DNA of 34,081 nucleotides from an uncultured Chlamydiae bacterium (GCA_963830365.1 CAWHMU010000008.1:1-34081); one strand, 5' to 3'. Shown: positions 1-9,858, numbered from the stretch's first letter. Program-made: numbers and translations. The notes: a model not told the origin generated them from the letters alone.

Positions 1-142
1 CATGAATCGCCGAACTTTGCGTCTGTGCTTGCGCCGGAGTTTGTTGGCTGGATGAGGCAGCAGCGGCCGGTTTGGCGGCTGGAGGGGGTGTTTGATCAAA
101 GTTTGATGGAAAAGGGTTATTGCCTGATGATGAGATGCTCAT
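1..142 (-). CDS. Partial ORF running off the window edge, effector-like Ser/Pro/Ala/Gln-rich N-terminus (not in the ORF track)
   Basis: ATG at 142 preceded by GGAGG on the minus strand; reads MSISSSGNNPFPSNFDQTPPPAAKPAAAASSSQQTPAQAQTQSSAIH with no stop to the edge. Confidence 0.65.
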   Translation of the reverse strand, partial: MSISSSGNNPFPSNFDQTPPPAAKPAAAASSSQQTPAQAQTQSSAIH

Positions 143-711
143 GGTAGCCTCCTGAATTTAAGACATTTTTTTGCTGTGCATTGTTTTCTGCCGCCGTATC
201 TTTTATTTCCCGGGCAGATTTATCCCAGCGTTCCTTCTCAACAAGGATAGGATTTAAGCTGCCCCAGATATGAACGGTGGATTTGTCTTTCACCGCTCCT
301 GCCAGTAAATCCTTTTCGGTTTTTGCTATATCGTTGCCAAATAAATGATTGAATAATTTTTCAATTTTTGGTCCACCTAGCTTCATATTCTTGTTTAAGT
401 CAAGGTTTACACCAATTCTTGTTTAAGTCAAGGTTTACACCAAAAGTTTCTTTGCCAAGCAATTTGCCAATGAGCGGGATATTGGCAAGAATATGGCTAA
501 AAGAGCTGCGCACGGCTAGTTGGGTTTTGATATCACCATTCTTTTCTACGCTCACACGCAGCTGTTGCCAGCCGCTTCCGGGTCGCTTCTCCCATTTGGA
601 GATGATGCCAATCTCATTCTTGTTGACAGCATCGAAGAGCGATGGAGTGGCAGCTTTAATAGAAAAAGTTGGATCTGGTGGTGGTAGTTGCACAGACATA
701 ATAGCCTCCAT
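117..711 (-). pseudogene. Hypothetical protein (~188 aa if repaired) split by a 28-bp tandem duplication
   Basis: ORFs 400..711 and 117..386 join in frame (ETFGVNLDLNKN-MKLGG) when one copy of the duplication at 387-442 is removed. Confidence 0.75.
387..442. repeat. Exact 28-bp tandem duplication
   Basis: attcttgtttaagtcaaggtttacacca at 387-414 and 415-442. Confidence 0.97.
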
Positions 712-820
712 TTTTTTTGATGCCTAATCTGATTTTAACATGTTTTGTTATTATGTGAAATTAATTGTAAGCTTTTTATTGGTTTAAGCTGTGTGTTTAT
801 TTAAATAAGTTGAAATTATG

Positions 821-1030
821 GGTTCATCACGCAAATGAGTACCCATGAGGTTTTTCCGACCTTCTCTGTGACTCTGTGCCTCTGTGGTGAAATCTGCTTA
901 CTGAAGGTATAGTATTATTAATCAGAGTGTTACGGAAAGCTTCACAACCGAGACACCGAGGCACAGAGAAGGAAAATGGAGCTTGCTGTTAGAGTTTTGT
1001 TAATTAGGTTCTAATTTGTGTAACGAGATC
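821..1030. mobile_element. MITE-like element, copy A (right terminal repeat degenerate)
   Basis: Starts ggttcatcacgcaaatgagtacc; the whole body is the diverged reverse complement of 12758-12966. Confidence 0.8.
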
Positions 1031-1110
1031 TGAATAACTAGTTTGAACTAATGTTAAATTGTCTCTGTTATTAATTTTATAAAAGTTGGTTATAGTGAAA
1101 ATAATTAAAA

Positions 1111-1119
1111 TGTTATACT
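1111..1119 (+). promoter_or_regulatory. Candidate extended -10 promoter element for the 1239 gene
   Basis: TGtTATACT in an AT-rich region ~120 bp upstream of the ATG; no clear -35. Confidence 0.3.
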
Positions 1120-1238
1120 GTAATTTTGGTGGTTTGGGTGGTTTTGTACTAAGCTTCTTTGTTTAAATGCTTGTATGCTTATTACTTGCTAATGAAAAGT
1201 AGTTGTATGCTTATATTAATAAAAGATGGCCGGTATTT

Positions 1239-3965
1239 ATGTCTCCACTTAATAGCGAGTCAAAAACGCAGATTCATGAGCTAATTGCGCATTTAGCCAA
1301 CGCTCCCTCAAGCACCCGTTGGATGGCTAAGGGAGAGGGGGAGTTGGTCGCCATTGGTCGGCTGCGGGCGATTTTCGAGACCATCAAAGGGTGGTTTGGC
1401 TTTACCAATCGCACCAGTGATCTAGCGGTGAAAAATGAGTTCATCTATTTGCTGGCAAAAGGGGATTCGCTGGGAGTTTTTACAGCCGAGAAATTTCAGT
1501 TAATTACCAAAGTCGCAGCAAGCATTGGATTGATTAAGGGGGTCATTACTGAAAGCGCCTCTTTACGTCAAGTGCCTATTAACACCAGAGCTGCGCTTAA
1601 TGCGTTGATCAAACAGACGGCCATTGAAATACTAAAACCACCGGTCGTCAATCCGATAGCCGCCGTTCCTTCGCAAATCACCTTTTCCGGAATAAAATTT
1701 GAAGAGAGGGAGGATCAAGGGATAACGTCTAATTTAGCAAAGACGGTAACTCAAATCATTAATGTTACCACAGAGGATATCACGGCAAACCCCAATCCTG
1801 CCATGCTCCAGCCGCTACCTGTGGTGGTGAATGATAATGAAAATAGCAACGATGAAACAAAGCTGGAGTTAATCCAGCACAAAGTCTCAGATGACACCAG
1901 CGCGATAGATCAAAAGTCTCAAGAGCTTACTATGGGGCCTGTTGAATCTCCATTCACTCGGCCTTTGACGAGGCAGCGCGTGCAGCCGCTAAGTCAATAT
2001 TCAACCAAGGGAATAGCTGCAGGGGGCGTGGTGCGGAGAATGCTGGGCCTTGCCGGCGTGCTGCTTTTCGGTTTGATCGGAGGATTAAGCGGCGCCCCTC
2101 CCTTTGTGGGTGGGCCCCTTGTCAAGACAGCCCAAGATCCATTACAACCGGCGTTCTTTGACAATGACACCCCAGCCATGTTCAATCACACATGTATCGT
2201 ACTGCCTTCAATGTCAGAGGCATGCAATGACGATGCGATTCCCAATAATACTACAGCAGTGGTCGGCGAAGATGCTCTTTTAAGAGATGCTGTGAGAATA
2301 TCACCTGAGGATATTTTGCCATCTTCGGCCTGGAATAGCACCGCCCAGGTTACACAGCAGGGCAATACCACAACAGAGGATTTCAGCCAGGAAGAAAACG
2401 AGCCGGCAGAAAATGAGCATGAAGAGCCCATTCCGACAGCTCCTGGTTCAAATGCGACTCTTTCAAAGCCCGAGGCGTTGTCCAATCAGGCGTCAGCATC
2501 CGGCAATATGTCGATGCTGGCGGGCCCAGCTGGCGGGAGAGAAGCGGCGATAGATTTCCCATCGCCTTTGGAACCCATTGCATCTCAAACTGTCAATGCC
2601 CATCTTAACGACAGTCAAATTAATGGCAGCCAAACTAACGAAAGACAAGATGTTCCGTTAAAACGGCACACTCTGCTAGCCGATGAAAGTGCTGGCAAGT
2701 GGGGCTTGGCTGGTCGAACCCGGCAACTGGTAGGTGTGGCTATGAGCATCTCTGCTTTAGCCTTAAGCATATTCTCTTGTGGCATTAGCCGGCCGAAAAG
2801 AGATCAAAATGCGGACGTGGCTCCTCTACCACCCCGCGGTGATATACCACCAGACATGGCAGAAGTTGACGACAATGGACAGGAAGTAGCAGTGCCAGAG
2901 CCTGGTTTTAAGCCTGGACCCGATCTATTACAGCCAGCAGGGCTAGCGATGGCAGATGACGAGGGAGGTTCGGCTGCAAGCACCGATGATATTCCAGGCA
3001 ACCAAAAGAAACCAGTCATTCCATTGATGGAAGCAGCTGATGAGTTCACCAGCCAAACGCAGGATGTGAATGTCTACAAAGACACGATCACAGCAAATCC
3101 GACTGGGAAGGAATCTGCTGAATCGGCTGCCGACGCTGGCGCCCTGTTTCGTCAAGAAGACCAAAGGCTGGCTGATGAGTCAGTAGATGATGTGCTGGCT
3201 ACAGATACAACAGCCGCTGATATCCAAACGGAGACAAGTTCACCACTAGCAGTAAAGACCCATAGCGAAGAGGTCGTGGCGGACCTAGGTGAGGCAGTGC
3301 AGGGCGCAGCTGCCGGGGCGGTCGACGAGGAGGGAAAGAAAGAAGATTTATCAAAGACCGTAAGCTGGCAAATAAGGGATGTTTCAGGTGAGCAGAAACC
3401 GACTGAAACGCCGGTTGAGGTTGAGGCGGCTGGATTGGCCAGCCAGGGCACGGCTTATAAAGGGGTTCTCAGTACTCTTATGGATTTTACAGCCCGCCAA
3501 CAGGAAAGGACGCGCGGCAATGAGGTTTTGGACGTTGCCCCAGCAGAAGAAGTTGAGGCTAAGAAGCTATCGCCCGAAGAAATAACAAAAACATTAGCAG
3601 AGGTTATTCCCGGCTTTCGAAACCGACATATTATCTACTTACCAGTTACATCCTTACTAGGTATGCCGAGGCCGATTGGCCCCAAATCAGGCGATGCACA
3701 GCTGGCACAGGCTCGTCGTCTGCAGCAAGCCTTTGATAGTCAATCTAGGCAGTTTCAGCATGCCCAAGAGCGTATTCAAGCCACTCGTATAGCCCGAAAC
3801 GATAGTCGGACATTGTCATCCTCAAATACTTTGCCATTTTTGAACGGCAGGTTTGGGGTGGTGTCGACCACGGCAAATAAGCCTTATGTCCCCCCTACTT
3901 CAAGTTTTACAACATCAAAGATCGCGATGGCAGCCCTAAATATATTTAGGAAAATTCCAAAGTAA
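1239..3965 (+). CDS. Putative secreted membrane-anchored effector, paralogue 1 (shared N-terminal domain, 2 TM helices, sequon-rich loop, acidic disordered tail)
   Basis: Long ORF. ATG at 1239 (MSPLNS) preferred over TTG 1203 because paralogue 3 starts MSPLKS. Carries RWMAKGEGELVAIGRLRAIFETIKGWFGF; hydrophobic stretches at ~2040-2095 and ~2727-2790. Confidence 0.8.
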   Translation: MSPLNSESKTQIHELIAHLANAPSSTRWMAKGEGELVAIGRLRAIFETIKGWFGFTNRTSDLAVKNEFIYLLAKGDSLGVFTAEKFQLITKVAASIGLIKGVITESASLRQVPINTRAALNALIKQTAIEILKPPVVNPIAAVPSQITFSGIKFEEREDQGITSNLAKTVTQIINVTTEDITANPNPAMLQPLPVVVNDNENSNDETKLELIQHKVSDDTSAIDQKSQELTMGPVESPFTRPLTRQRVQPLSQYSTKGIAAGGVVRRMLGLAGVLLFGLIGGLSGAPPFVGGPLVKTAQDPLQPAFFDNDTPAMFNHTCIVLPSMSEACNDDAIPNNTTAVVGEDALLRDAVRISPEDILPSSAWNSTAQVTQQGNTTTEDFSQEENEPAENEHEEPIPTAPGSNATLSKPEALSNQASASGNMSMLAGPAGGREAAIDFPSPLEPIASQTVNAHLNDSQINGSQTNERQDVPLKRHTLLADESAGKWGLAGRTRQLVGVAMSISALALSIFSCGISRPKRDQNADVAPLPPRGDIPPDMAEVDDNGQEVAVPEPGFKPGPDLLQPAGLAMADDEGGSAASTDDIPGNQKKPVIPLMEAADEFTSQTQDVNVYKDTITANPTGKESAESAADAGALFRQEDQRLADESVDDVLATDTTAADIQTETSSPLAVKTHSEEVVADLGEAVQGAAAGAVDEEGKKEDLSKTVSWQIRDVSGEQKPTETPVEVEAAGLASQGTAYKGVLSTLMDFTARQQERTRGNEVLDVAPAEEVEAKKLSPEEITKTLAEVIPGFRNRHIIYLPVTSLLGMPRPIGPKSGDAQLAQARRLQQAFDSQSRQFQHAQERIQATRIARNDSRTLSSSNTLPFLNGRFGVVSTTANKPYVPPTSSFTTSKIAMAALNIFRKIPK

Positions 3966-4020
3966 TCATATTTTTAATTTTGACTACCAGAGTTAAGGTA
4001 CTTATGCTACAAAGGAAACT

Positions 4021-5427
4021 ATGGAAAAATACGATCTTATTGTCATCGGTTCAGGACCTGCCGGCGAGAAGGCAGCTGTCAAGGCCGCCTACTTCGGCTA
4101 TCGCGTCGCGTTGGTAGAAAGAGAGCCCTCTTACGGAGGAGCCGGCACCAACACGGGGACGCTGCCTTCAAAAACATTGAAAGAGACGGCCCTGTTCTTT
4201 TCAGGGAGAAATGAAAAAGGACTCTATGGCGTCGACCGCGTCCTGCATCATGACGCCACCATTGATGAATTCATGTATCGGGAAAAATATGTCGTCAATG
4301 CCGAAGTCGAGGCGGTAAATATCAACTTGCATAAACATAAAGTCGATGTTTATCAGGGTGTGGCAAGTTTTGATGGGGGACATATCCTCAAAATAGAGGG
4401 TGATGAGACCAAGCTTATCGAGGGTGAATACTTTGTCGTGGCCACAGGTTCCTATCCGTTTCATCCCACCGATATCCCTTTTGATGGCAAACGGGTGCAT
4501 GACTCCGACACCATTTTAAAGCTGGGCAGAATTCCCACTTCGCTATGCATCCTAGGCGCAGGCGTCATCGGCATGGAATATGCCACCTTATTTGCCACCA
4601 TGGGCACAAAAATCTATCTGATAAACAAAACGGATGAAGTGCTCACCTTTGTCGATAAAGAGCTCACCCGCGCGCTGATAAAAAGTATGGAAAAGGAGGG
4701 GACGGAGATTTTATTTAACGATTCCATCACCTCGTTTGAAGTGCCGGGGTCGGATGCCGAAAAGCTTAACATCACCCTCAAAAGCGGCAAGGTGGTTGAA
4801 GCTGATATGTTTCTTTTTGCCGCCGGCAGAAACGGCAGAACGGCCGAGCTGCATTGTGATAAGGTGGGCCTTGCGCTGGGACCGCGGGATCAAGTTATCG
4901 TGGATGAGAAATACCGCTCAAACGTGCCCTATATCTATGCCGTAGGCGATGTGATAGGCTTTCCGGCACTTGCCAGCACCAGTATGGATCAAGGGCGCGT
5001 CGCTGTCGCCCATATCTTCAATACCCGCGATTTGGACTCCTTAGCCAAGGTGATCCCGCTGGGGATTTATACCATCCCTGAGATCTCCATGGTGGGCATT
5101 ACCGAAGAGGAAGCCATAGCGAAAAAAATGAATTACTGCACGGGGCAGGCGCGGCACAAAGAGATGGCCCGTGGCAGGATCATGGGCGCTTCTGAAGGTC
5201 TGCTGAAACTCGTGTTCACCAAAGAAGACTGCGTCATCCGCGGCGTGCATATCTTCGGTCCGCTGGCCACAGAGCTGGTCCACTACGGCCTCTCGCTGGT
5301 GGAAAACAAGAAAAATCTCATGCAGGTGATCTCGACGGTATTCAACTACCCCACCCTACACGACCTGTATAAATATGCCGCTTATGACGCCTTAGGCAAT
5401 CTATCCGGACATAAAATCAAAGACTAA
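4021..5427 (+). CDS. sthA: Soluble (Si-specific) pyridine nucleotide transhydrogenase
   Basis: FAD motif IGSGPAG; GTLPSK segment without the redox Cys pair; NAD motif GAGVIGME; FPALASTSMDQGR; C-terminal FNYPT (Tyr where lipoamide dehydrogenases have His). Confidence 0.9.
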   Translation: MEKYDLIVIGSGPAGEKAAVKAAYFGYRVALVEREPSYGGAGTNTGTLPSKTLKETALFFSGRNEKGLYGVDRVLHHDATIDEFMYREKYVVNAEVEAVNINLHKHKVDVYQGVASFDGGHILKIEGDETKLIEGEYFVVATGSYPFHPTDIPFDGKRVHDSDTILKLGRIPTSLCILGAGVIGMEYATLFATMGTKIYLINKTDEVLTFVDKELTRALIKSMEKEGTEILFNDSITSFEVPGSDAEKLNITLKSGKVVEADMFLFAAGRNGRTAELHCDKVGLALGPRDQVIVDEKYRSNVPYIYAVGDVIGFPALASTSMDQGRVAVAHIFNTRDLDSLAKVIPLGIYTIPEISMVGITEEEAIAKKMNYCTGQARHKEMARGRIMGASEGLLKLVFTKEDCVIRGVHIFGPLATELVHYGLSLVENKKNLMQVISTVFNYPTLHDLYKYAAYDALGNLSGHKIKD

Positions 5428-5435
5428 TGAATGTG

Positions 5436-5477
5436 GCGTAGACTTAAGTCTGCGCTTGTTTTTGCAGGTTTTAACCT
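5436..5477. repeat. Short REP-like hairpin repeat just after the sthA stop; related copy at 33115-33165
   Basis: gcgtagacttaagtctgcgcttgtttt...aggttttaacct versus gcgtagacttcagtcttcagtctgcgcttgtttt...aggtgttataacct. Confidence 0.6.
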
Positions 5478-5497
5478 ATAGGCAAGAAACTAAGCGA

Positions 5498-5871
5498 TTG
5501 TTTGTATCATTGCACTTCTATAATAGGCTGTGAATTCGATTCAGCGCAAAGAGCGCAAAGACGCAAAGGAAGGCCTTCACCACAGAGGCGCCGAGACACA
5601 GAGAAACAAGCAGCACAGGTCGGATGGAATAAAGCTTCATCTGGTACAATTATCTATCCCTCGGATTGCTTAGGCAATCCGAGGGGCATGCCTCACATTG
5701 ACGTTGTCAATGTGATTGGAGTCTGATACATTCACACTTGCCATTCTGTTACTGGCTGCTTGTTTCTCTGTGCCTCGGCGCCTCTGTGGTGAAGGCCTTC
5801 CTTTGCGTCTTTGCGCTCTTTGCGCTGAATCGAATTCACAGCCTATTATAGAAGTATAATGATACAAACAA
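5498..5871. repeat. Long foldback element: 117-bp inverted arms around a 140-bp spacer with two hairpins
   Basis: Arms 5498-5614 and 5755-5871 differ at 3 positions by my count; inner hairpins at 5658-5685 and 5693-5715. Confidence 0.95.
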
Positions 5872-5891
5872 CCAACGCTACATGATGTGGG

Positions 5892-7499
5892 CTAAAATGA
5901 TTTAGTATTTTTGATGCGCCAGAGGGCGACTTCCGGGAAGTCGTGCTTGACGGTGGCCACGGGGTTGGGCATCTTGAATAGCATCTGGTCGTTGGCAAGG
6001 GTCAACGTGCCGGCCGCATGCTGGCCGATGGGTGTGACGACCTGCATTTTTATAGACTGATCTGTTTCCGCCCACATATAGACGACGGCATTGCGGTAGT
6101 GCTTTTTCTCCGGCAGCACGATGGGGCCGATGACATAGCCGATGCCATGCCGCCTGGCGTAGTCGGCAATCCCCATCTGTGCTATCTGAGCATTATAATC
6201 GAAATCATTCATCAACCCATCCAGCGGCACGATACGCATGCCCGAATAGTAGGCGATCATGCCGGGGTAGTCGAAGGTGAAAATGGCCGTTTTTGGCGGC
6301 AGGTCCTGCTTTAAGCGCTGCGCCAGCCGCTTGGCAGCTGGCGTCTCGGCCCGTTCGGCCGTCAGCGATTCCTTGCCGGCAGCGACCAGGGCGATCGAGA
6401 AGTGGTAGGTCGTCTTCAGCAGGCTGATGCCGAGGAAGAAGGCAAACAGAAGTATCGTGGCCGTGCTGGCCAGTAGGCGGAAGGTGTCTGCCAAGCCGCG
6501 GCTTATAGCGGCCAGGGAATGCCAAAATGAGGTCATGAGGCGCATCAGCGCCAAAGCGATGGTGATGTAGGCCGTGGTGTAGTACCACTGGCTGCCAACG
6601 GATAGCATGGCGATATAAAGCGCATGCAAGGCTACCGCCGACAGCAATATGCCAAAGCACAATCTGTTTTCACGGCTGCGTTCCGAGAAATAGGCGCAGA
6701 CCCCGAGGCTTAGGGCGATGACGACTGCCGGGCCGCCATGCAGTCCTAGATGCTCATAGCTGAAAGCAAGCGTTGGAAAGGAAGTCTTGATCACCCCGCT
6801 GATAGGCACGAAATGGCCGAAGTGTGCGAAGTTGTAGGCCAGATAGGGGATCAGCAGCAGGCAGGGGGGCAGCGTCAATGCCAAAAGCGCAGAGGTTCTG
6901 AAAGGCTGCTTTAATAGGCTGGGCAGCAGGCAAAACCACACCACGCCGCAGAAAAAGACTGTATCCAGACGCGCCAGCATGCATAGTCCCATCAGTACGC
7001 CGATGGCGGCCAGATCCTGGCGCGTCGGCGTTGCATAGGCACGCAGGAAAAGGCTGAGGATGGCCAGCTGCAGCATGAGCGCTAAGGGCGCTTCAAACAG
7101 GCGCAAGCCGCCGACGAGCACCATCACCAGCGCCAGCACCAGCACCCCTAAAGCATAGAAGCTGAGCTGCAGCCGCCGCCCGCAGGTCCACAGCAGGTAT
7201 AGGGAAGCTAAAAACAGCACGTCCTGCACCACCCCCATCAGCTGTAAAAGCTGCGTCTTGTCGCCGCCGGCCACAAAAGCCCCTGCCACGCAGCACAGCA
7301 GCCAGAGAGGGTGGAAGCCGTTGGTGGGTGTGATCTCATGGAAGGTGCTACCAAACCCCTGCCGCACATTGTCGGCCACCTGCAGGTAGAAGTAGGCGTC
7401 GTCGGCCAAAAAAGCATCGGGATTGAGGTGGAAGGGGATGATGGCAGCCCCCACCAACAGGATCATCAGGATCGTATAGAGGCGTGTGCGTGTATGCAT
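5892..7499 (-). CDS. Integral membrane glycosyltransferase, GT-C fold (ArnT/PMT-like superfamily)
   Basis: DDAYFYLQVADN and TNGFHPLW motifs after TM1, LARLD motif, many hydrophobic helices, C-terminal G-x-IAYYS...LDGLMN. Confidence 0.7.
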   Translation of the reverse strand: MHTRTRLYTILMILLVGAAIIPFHLNPDAFLADDAYFYLQVADNVRQGFGSTFHEITPTNGFHPLWLLCCVAGAFVAGGDKTQLLQLMGVVQDVLFLASLYLLWTCGRRLQLSFYALGVLVLALVMVLVGGLRLFEAPLALMLQLAILSLFLRAYATPTRQDLAAIGVLMGLCMLARLDTVFFCGVVWFCLLPSLLKQPFRTSALLALTLPPCLLLIPYLAYNFAHFGHFVPISGVIKTSFPTLAFSYEHLGLHGGPAVVIALSLGVCAYFSERSRENRLCFGILLSAVALHALYIAMLSVGSQWYYTTAYITIALALMRLMTSFWHSLAAISRGLADTFRLLASTATILLFAFFLGISLLKTTYHFSIALVAAGKESLTAERAETPAAKRLAQRLKQDLPPKTAIFTFDYPGMIAYYSGMRIVPLDGLMNDFDYNAQIAQMGIADYARRHGIGYVIGPIVLPEKKHYRNAVVYMWAETDQSIKMQVVTPIGQHAAGTLTLANDQMLFKMPNPVATVKHDFPEVALWRIKNTKSF

Positions 7500-7600
7500 A
7501 GAATTCCAAGGTGAGATTCTCTTTCACAGACACTATAAGCGATAGACGGCATTTTGATAAAATACGAAAAGCAGGTTTGGGAAATCCCGTGGCTGATTAT

Positions 7601-8045
7601 CACCACCGAGGCACAGAGGCCCAGAGAAGCAAGCCGCAAGATAAAAGAACAGCATACGCATCAGGATACTTCAAAAACAAATATATATATATATATATAT
7701 ATGTTATGAATGTCATAAGTATAATAGAGGCCTTGTCAATACCTTCCAAATCGGATTCCAAGGTATTTAACGTAGATTCTAATTTTCTCTGCGTCACCGC
7801 GTCTCTGCGTTGAGATGCTTTTCTCGAATGTAATATTACGAAACAAATAAAATTACAGTGCCTGGTAATAGGCTGTGCATGCATTTCAACGCAGAGGCGC
7901 AGAGAGCTACAAAAATCCATTGTAAAGGAGCTATATCAATGATGTGTATGGGATAAAGTCGGACGGCGACAGAGAAAAAAATAGACTCCCATCACATTTT
8001 TTTAGTTTGCTGCTTGTTTCTATGTGTCTGTGCCTCTGTGGTGAA
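7601..8045. repeat. Nested imperfect inverted repeats of the cacagaggcacagag / cgcagaggcgcagag family
   Basis: Outer pair ~7601-7637 with ~8009-8045; inner pair ~7787-7818 with ~7881-7906; taataggctgtg at 7867 is also in the 5498 arms. Confidence 0.75.
7681..7702. repeat. (AT)11 microsatellite
   Basis: Read directly. Confidence 0.95.
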
Positions 8046-8047
8046 AA

Positions 8048-9079
8048 TTAGCCCATTTGTGCAAACGGAATTCTTGTCGCAGGCTCCAGGGCGAGCGTGT
8101 CGCCGCAGCCTTTTTGCAGGTAGGTGTGGTAGCCCAGGCCGGCGATCATGGCGGCATTATCAAGGCTTAGGCCGCCGGATGGCCAAAGCGCTGTCAAAGC
8201 CGGCGCGCGCTCGGCGATAAGGCGGCGCAGCTGCAAGTTGTTGGTCACGCCGCCGCCGAAGATCAAGGTGCGGCAGCCGAATTGGGCGGCTGCCAGCAGC
8301 GCCTTCTCAATGACATCATGGAAGGCGGCCTGCTGAAAGGAGGCGCAAAGATCGGCGATATTCTGCTCCGTCAGCGCCAGCGGCGGATGGGAGCCCCTGT
8401 TTTGTCCTTTCAAGGCATAAAGCACTGCGGTTTTTAAGCCGCTGAAAGAGAAGTTCAAGCGATGCTCCTTAACCCTACCGGCCTTGAAAGGGAAGCGGTG
8501 GCAGTCGCCGTGCAATGCCAAAGCTTCGACTTTAGGTCCTCCCGGATAGGGCAGATCCAGTAATTTGGCGACCTTGTCGAAAGCTTCGCCGATGGCATCA
8601 TCGACGGTCTCGCCGATCAGCGTATAGCTGCCGACGGCCTCCATGCGCACAAGCGCGGTATGGCCGCCGGAGAGGACGACGCCAAGGCAGGGGAATTCTA
8701 CGGGTTTAGGCTGAGACATGATGGCGGCATAGAGGTGGGCTTCGACGTGGTTGACGCCGATGAATGGTTTATGCAGGGCGATGGAAAGGGTCTTGGCGGC
8801 GGTGAGGCCGATGAGCAGGGCGCCGATGAGCCCGGGGCCATGGGCGACGGCGATGAGGTCGATGTTGTCGGCGGTGATGGCGGCTTCAGCCAAAGCCTGC
8901 TTAAGCACGGGGATGAAGACATCGACATGGCGGCGGCAGGAAAGCTCAGGCACAACGCCGCCATATTCGGCATGCAGGTCGATCTGGGAGGTCACCACAT
9001 TGGATAAAATCTGCCGGCCGTCTTTGACGATGGCGCAGCTGGTCTCGTCACAGGTGGATTCGATGCCAAGGACGATCAT
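8048..9079 (-). CDS. tsaD: tRNA N6-threonylcarbamoyladenosine transferase TsaD
   Basis: MIVLGIESTCDET, GGVVPE, GPGL, HVEAH, SGGHT, GEAFDKVAK, DNAAMI. Start set at ATG 9079, which overlaps the pgl stop (ATGA). Confidence 0.96.
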   Translation of the reverse strand: MIVLGIESTCDETSCAIVKDGRQILSNVVTSQIDLHAEYGGVVPELSCRRHVDVFIPVLKQALAEAAITADNIDLIAVAHGPGLIGALLIGLTAAKTLSIALHKPFIGVNHVEAHLYAAIMSQPKPVEFPCLGVVLSGGHTALVRMEAVGSYTLIGETVDDAIGEAFDKVAKLLDLPYPGGPKVEALALHGDCHRFPFKAGRVKEHRLNFSFSGLKTAVLYALKGQNRGSHPPLALTEQNIADLCASFQQAAFHDVIEKALLAAAQFGCRTLIFGGGVTNNLQLRRLIAERAPALTALWPSGGLSLDNAAMIAGLGYHTYLQKGCGDTLALEPATRIPFAQMG

Positions 9080-9846
9080 ACGTGTACCAGTTCGGAGGCG
9101 GCATCGGCATCGACGATCCACAGGGCTTTATGCTGGCGCGTGCCGATGCGTTGGATGGGCAGGGTGTCTGGCTCATATGGCGCTGTCAGCACATGCTTGA
9201 GCATGGCGGCTTTGCTTTTTCCCAACACATAGATGGCGGTGTAGCGTGCGGCATGGATACAGTCATAGGTCAGCGTCATGCGCCAGCTGTCTTTTTGAGG
9301 GATGAAATTGCCGATCACCAGGCCCTCTTCGGCATGCAGGCCGTGGGTTTTAGGGAACAGCGATGCGGTATGTCCGTCTTCGCCCATGCCTAGCATGACA
9401 AGATCGAAGACTCCTGCCGGCACATGCCGCCGGATGAGGCTTTCGTAACTCTTGGCGGCGGCGGCAAGGTCGGGGCTGTCTGCCTGCATGCGGAAGATAT
9501 TCTCTTTGGGGATGGGCAGCGAGGCAAAGCCTGCCTCCATAGCCATGTGGTAATTGCTTTCGGCATCGGAGGGTGCCACGCAGCGCTCATCGCTCCAGAA
9601 GAGCTGCACATGATGCCAATTCAGCCGATTGCGGTAGGCTGGGCTGGCCAGCAGGTGGAAAATGGCTTTGGGAGTGCTGCCGCCGGACAAAGCGACGGCG
9701 AATTTCCCTCTTTCCGACTGGGCAGCTTTGGCGATGGCGATGAAATGCTCGGTGCTGAACTCCAGTGTTTGGGCCGTATTTCCCGGCACGACGATATCGC
9801 GGCGGTCATCGTAGGATTTGATGGTTTCTTCCCATTGCATCGTCAT
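9076..9846 (-). CDS. pgl: 6-phosphogluconolactonase (DevB/SOL type)
   Basis: ALSGGSTP, FWSDER, SNY, DLVMLGMGEDGHTASLFP, RMTLT; follows zwf-opcA. Confidence 0.95.
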   Translation of the reverse strand: MTMQWEETIKSYDDRRDIVVPGNTAQTLEFSTEHFIAIAKAAQSERGKFAVALSGGSTPKAIFHLLASPAYRNRLNWHHVQLFWSDERCVAPSDAESNYHMAMEAGFASLPIPKENIFRMQADSPDLAAAAKSYESLIRRHVPAGVFDLVMLGMGEDGHTASLFPKTHGLHAEEGLVIGNFIPQKDSWRMTLTYDCIHAARYTAIYVLGKSKAAMLKHVLTAPYEPDTLPIQRIGTRQHKALWIVDADAASELVHV

Positions 9847-9858
9847 CTCGTCTATTTT

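Noticed and set aside
4021..5427. Dihydrolipoamide dehydrogenase
   Set aside because: Lacks the redox CxxxxC and the C-terminal HPT-x-x-E; fits SthA.
5502..5867. Two ORFs with near-identical N-termini on opposite strands
   Set aside because: They are translations of the two arms of the inverted repeat, with TTG starts and no ribosome site.
7511..8220. ORFs 7511, 7600 and 8014 (HRGTEAQR, YIYIYI)
   Set aside because: Products of periodic repeats and the AT tract.
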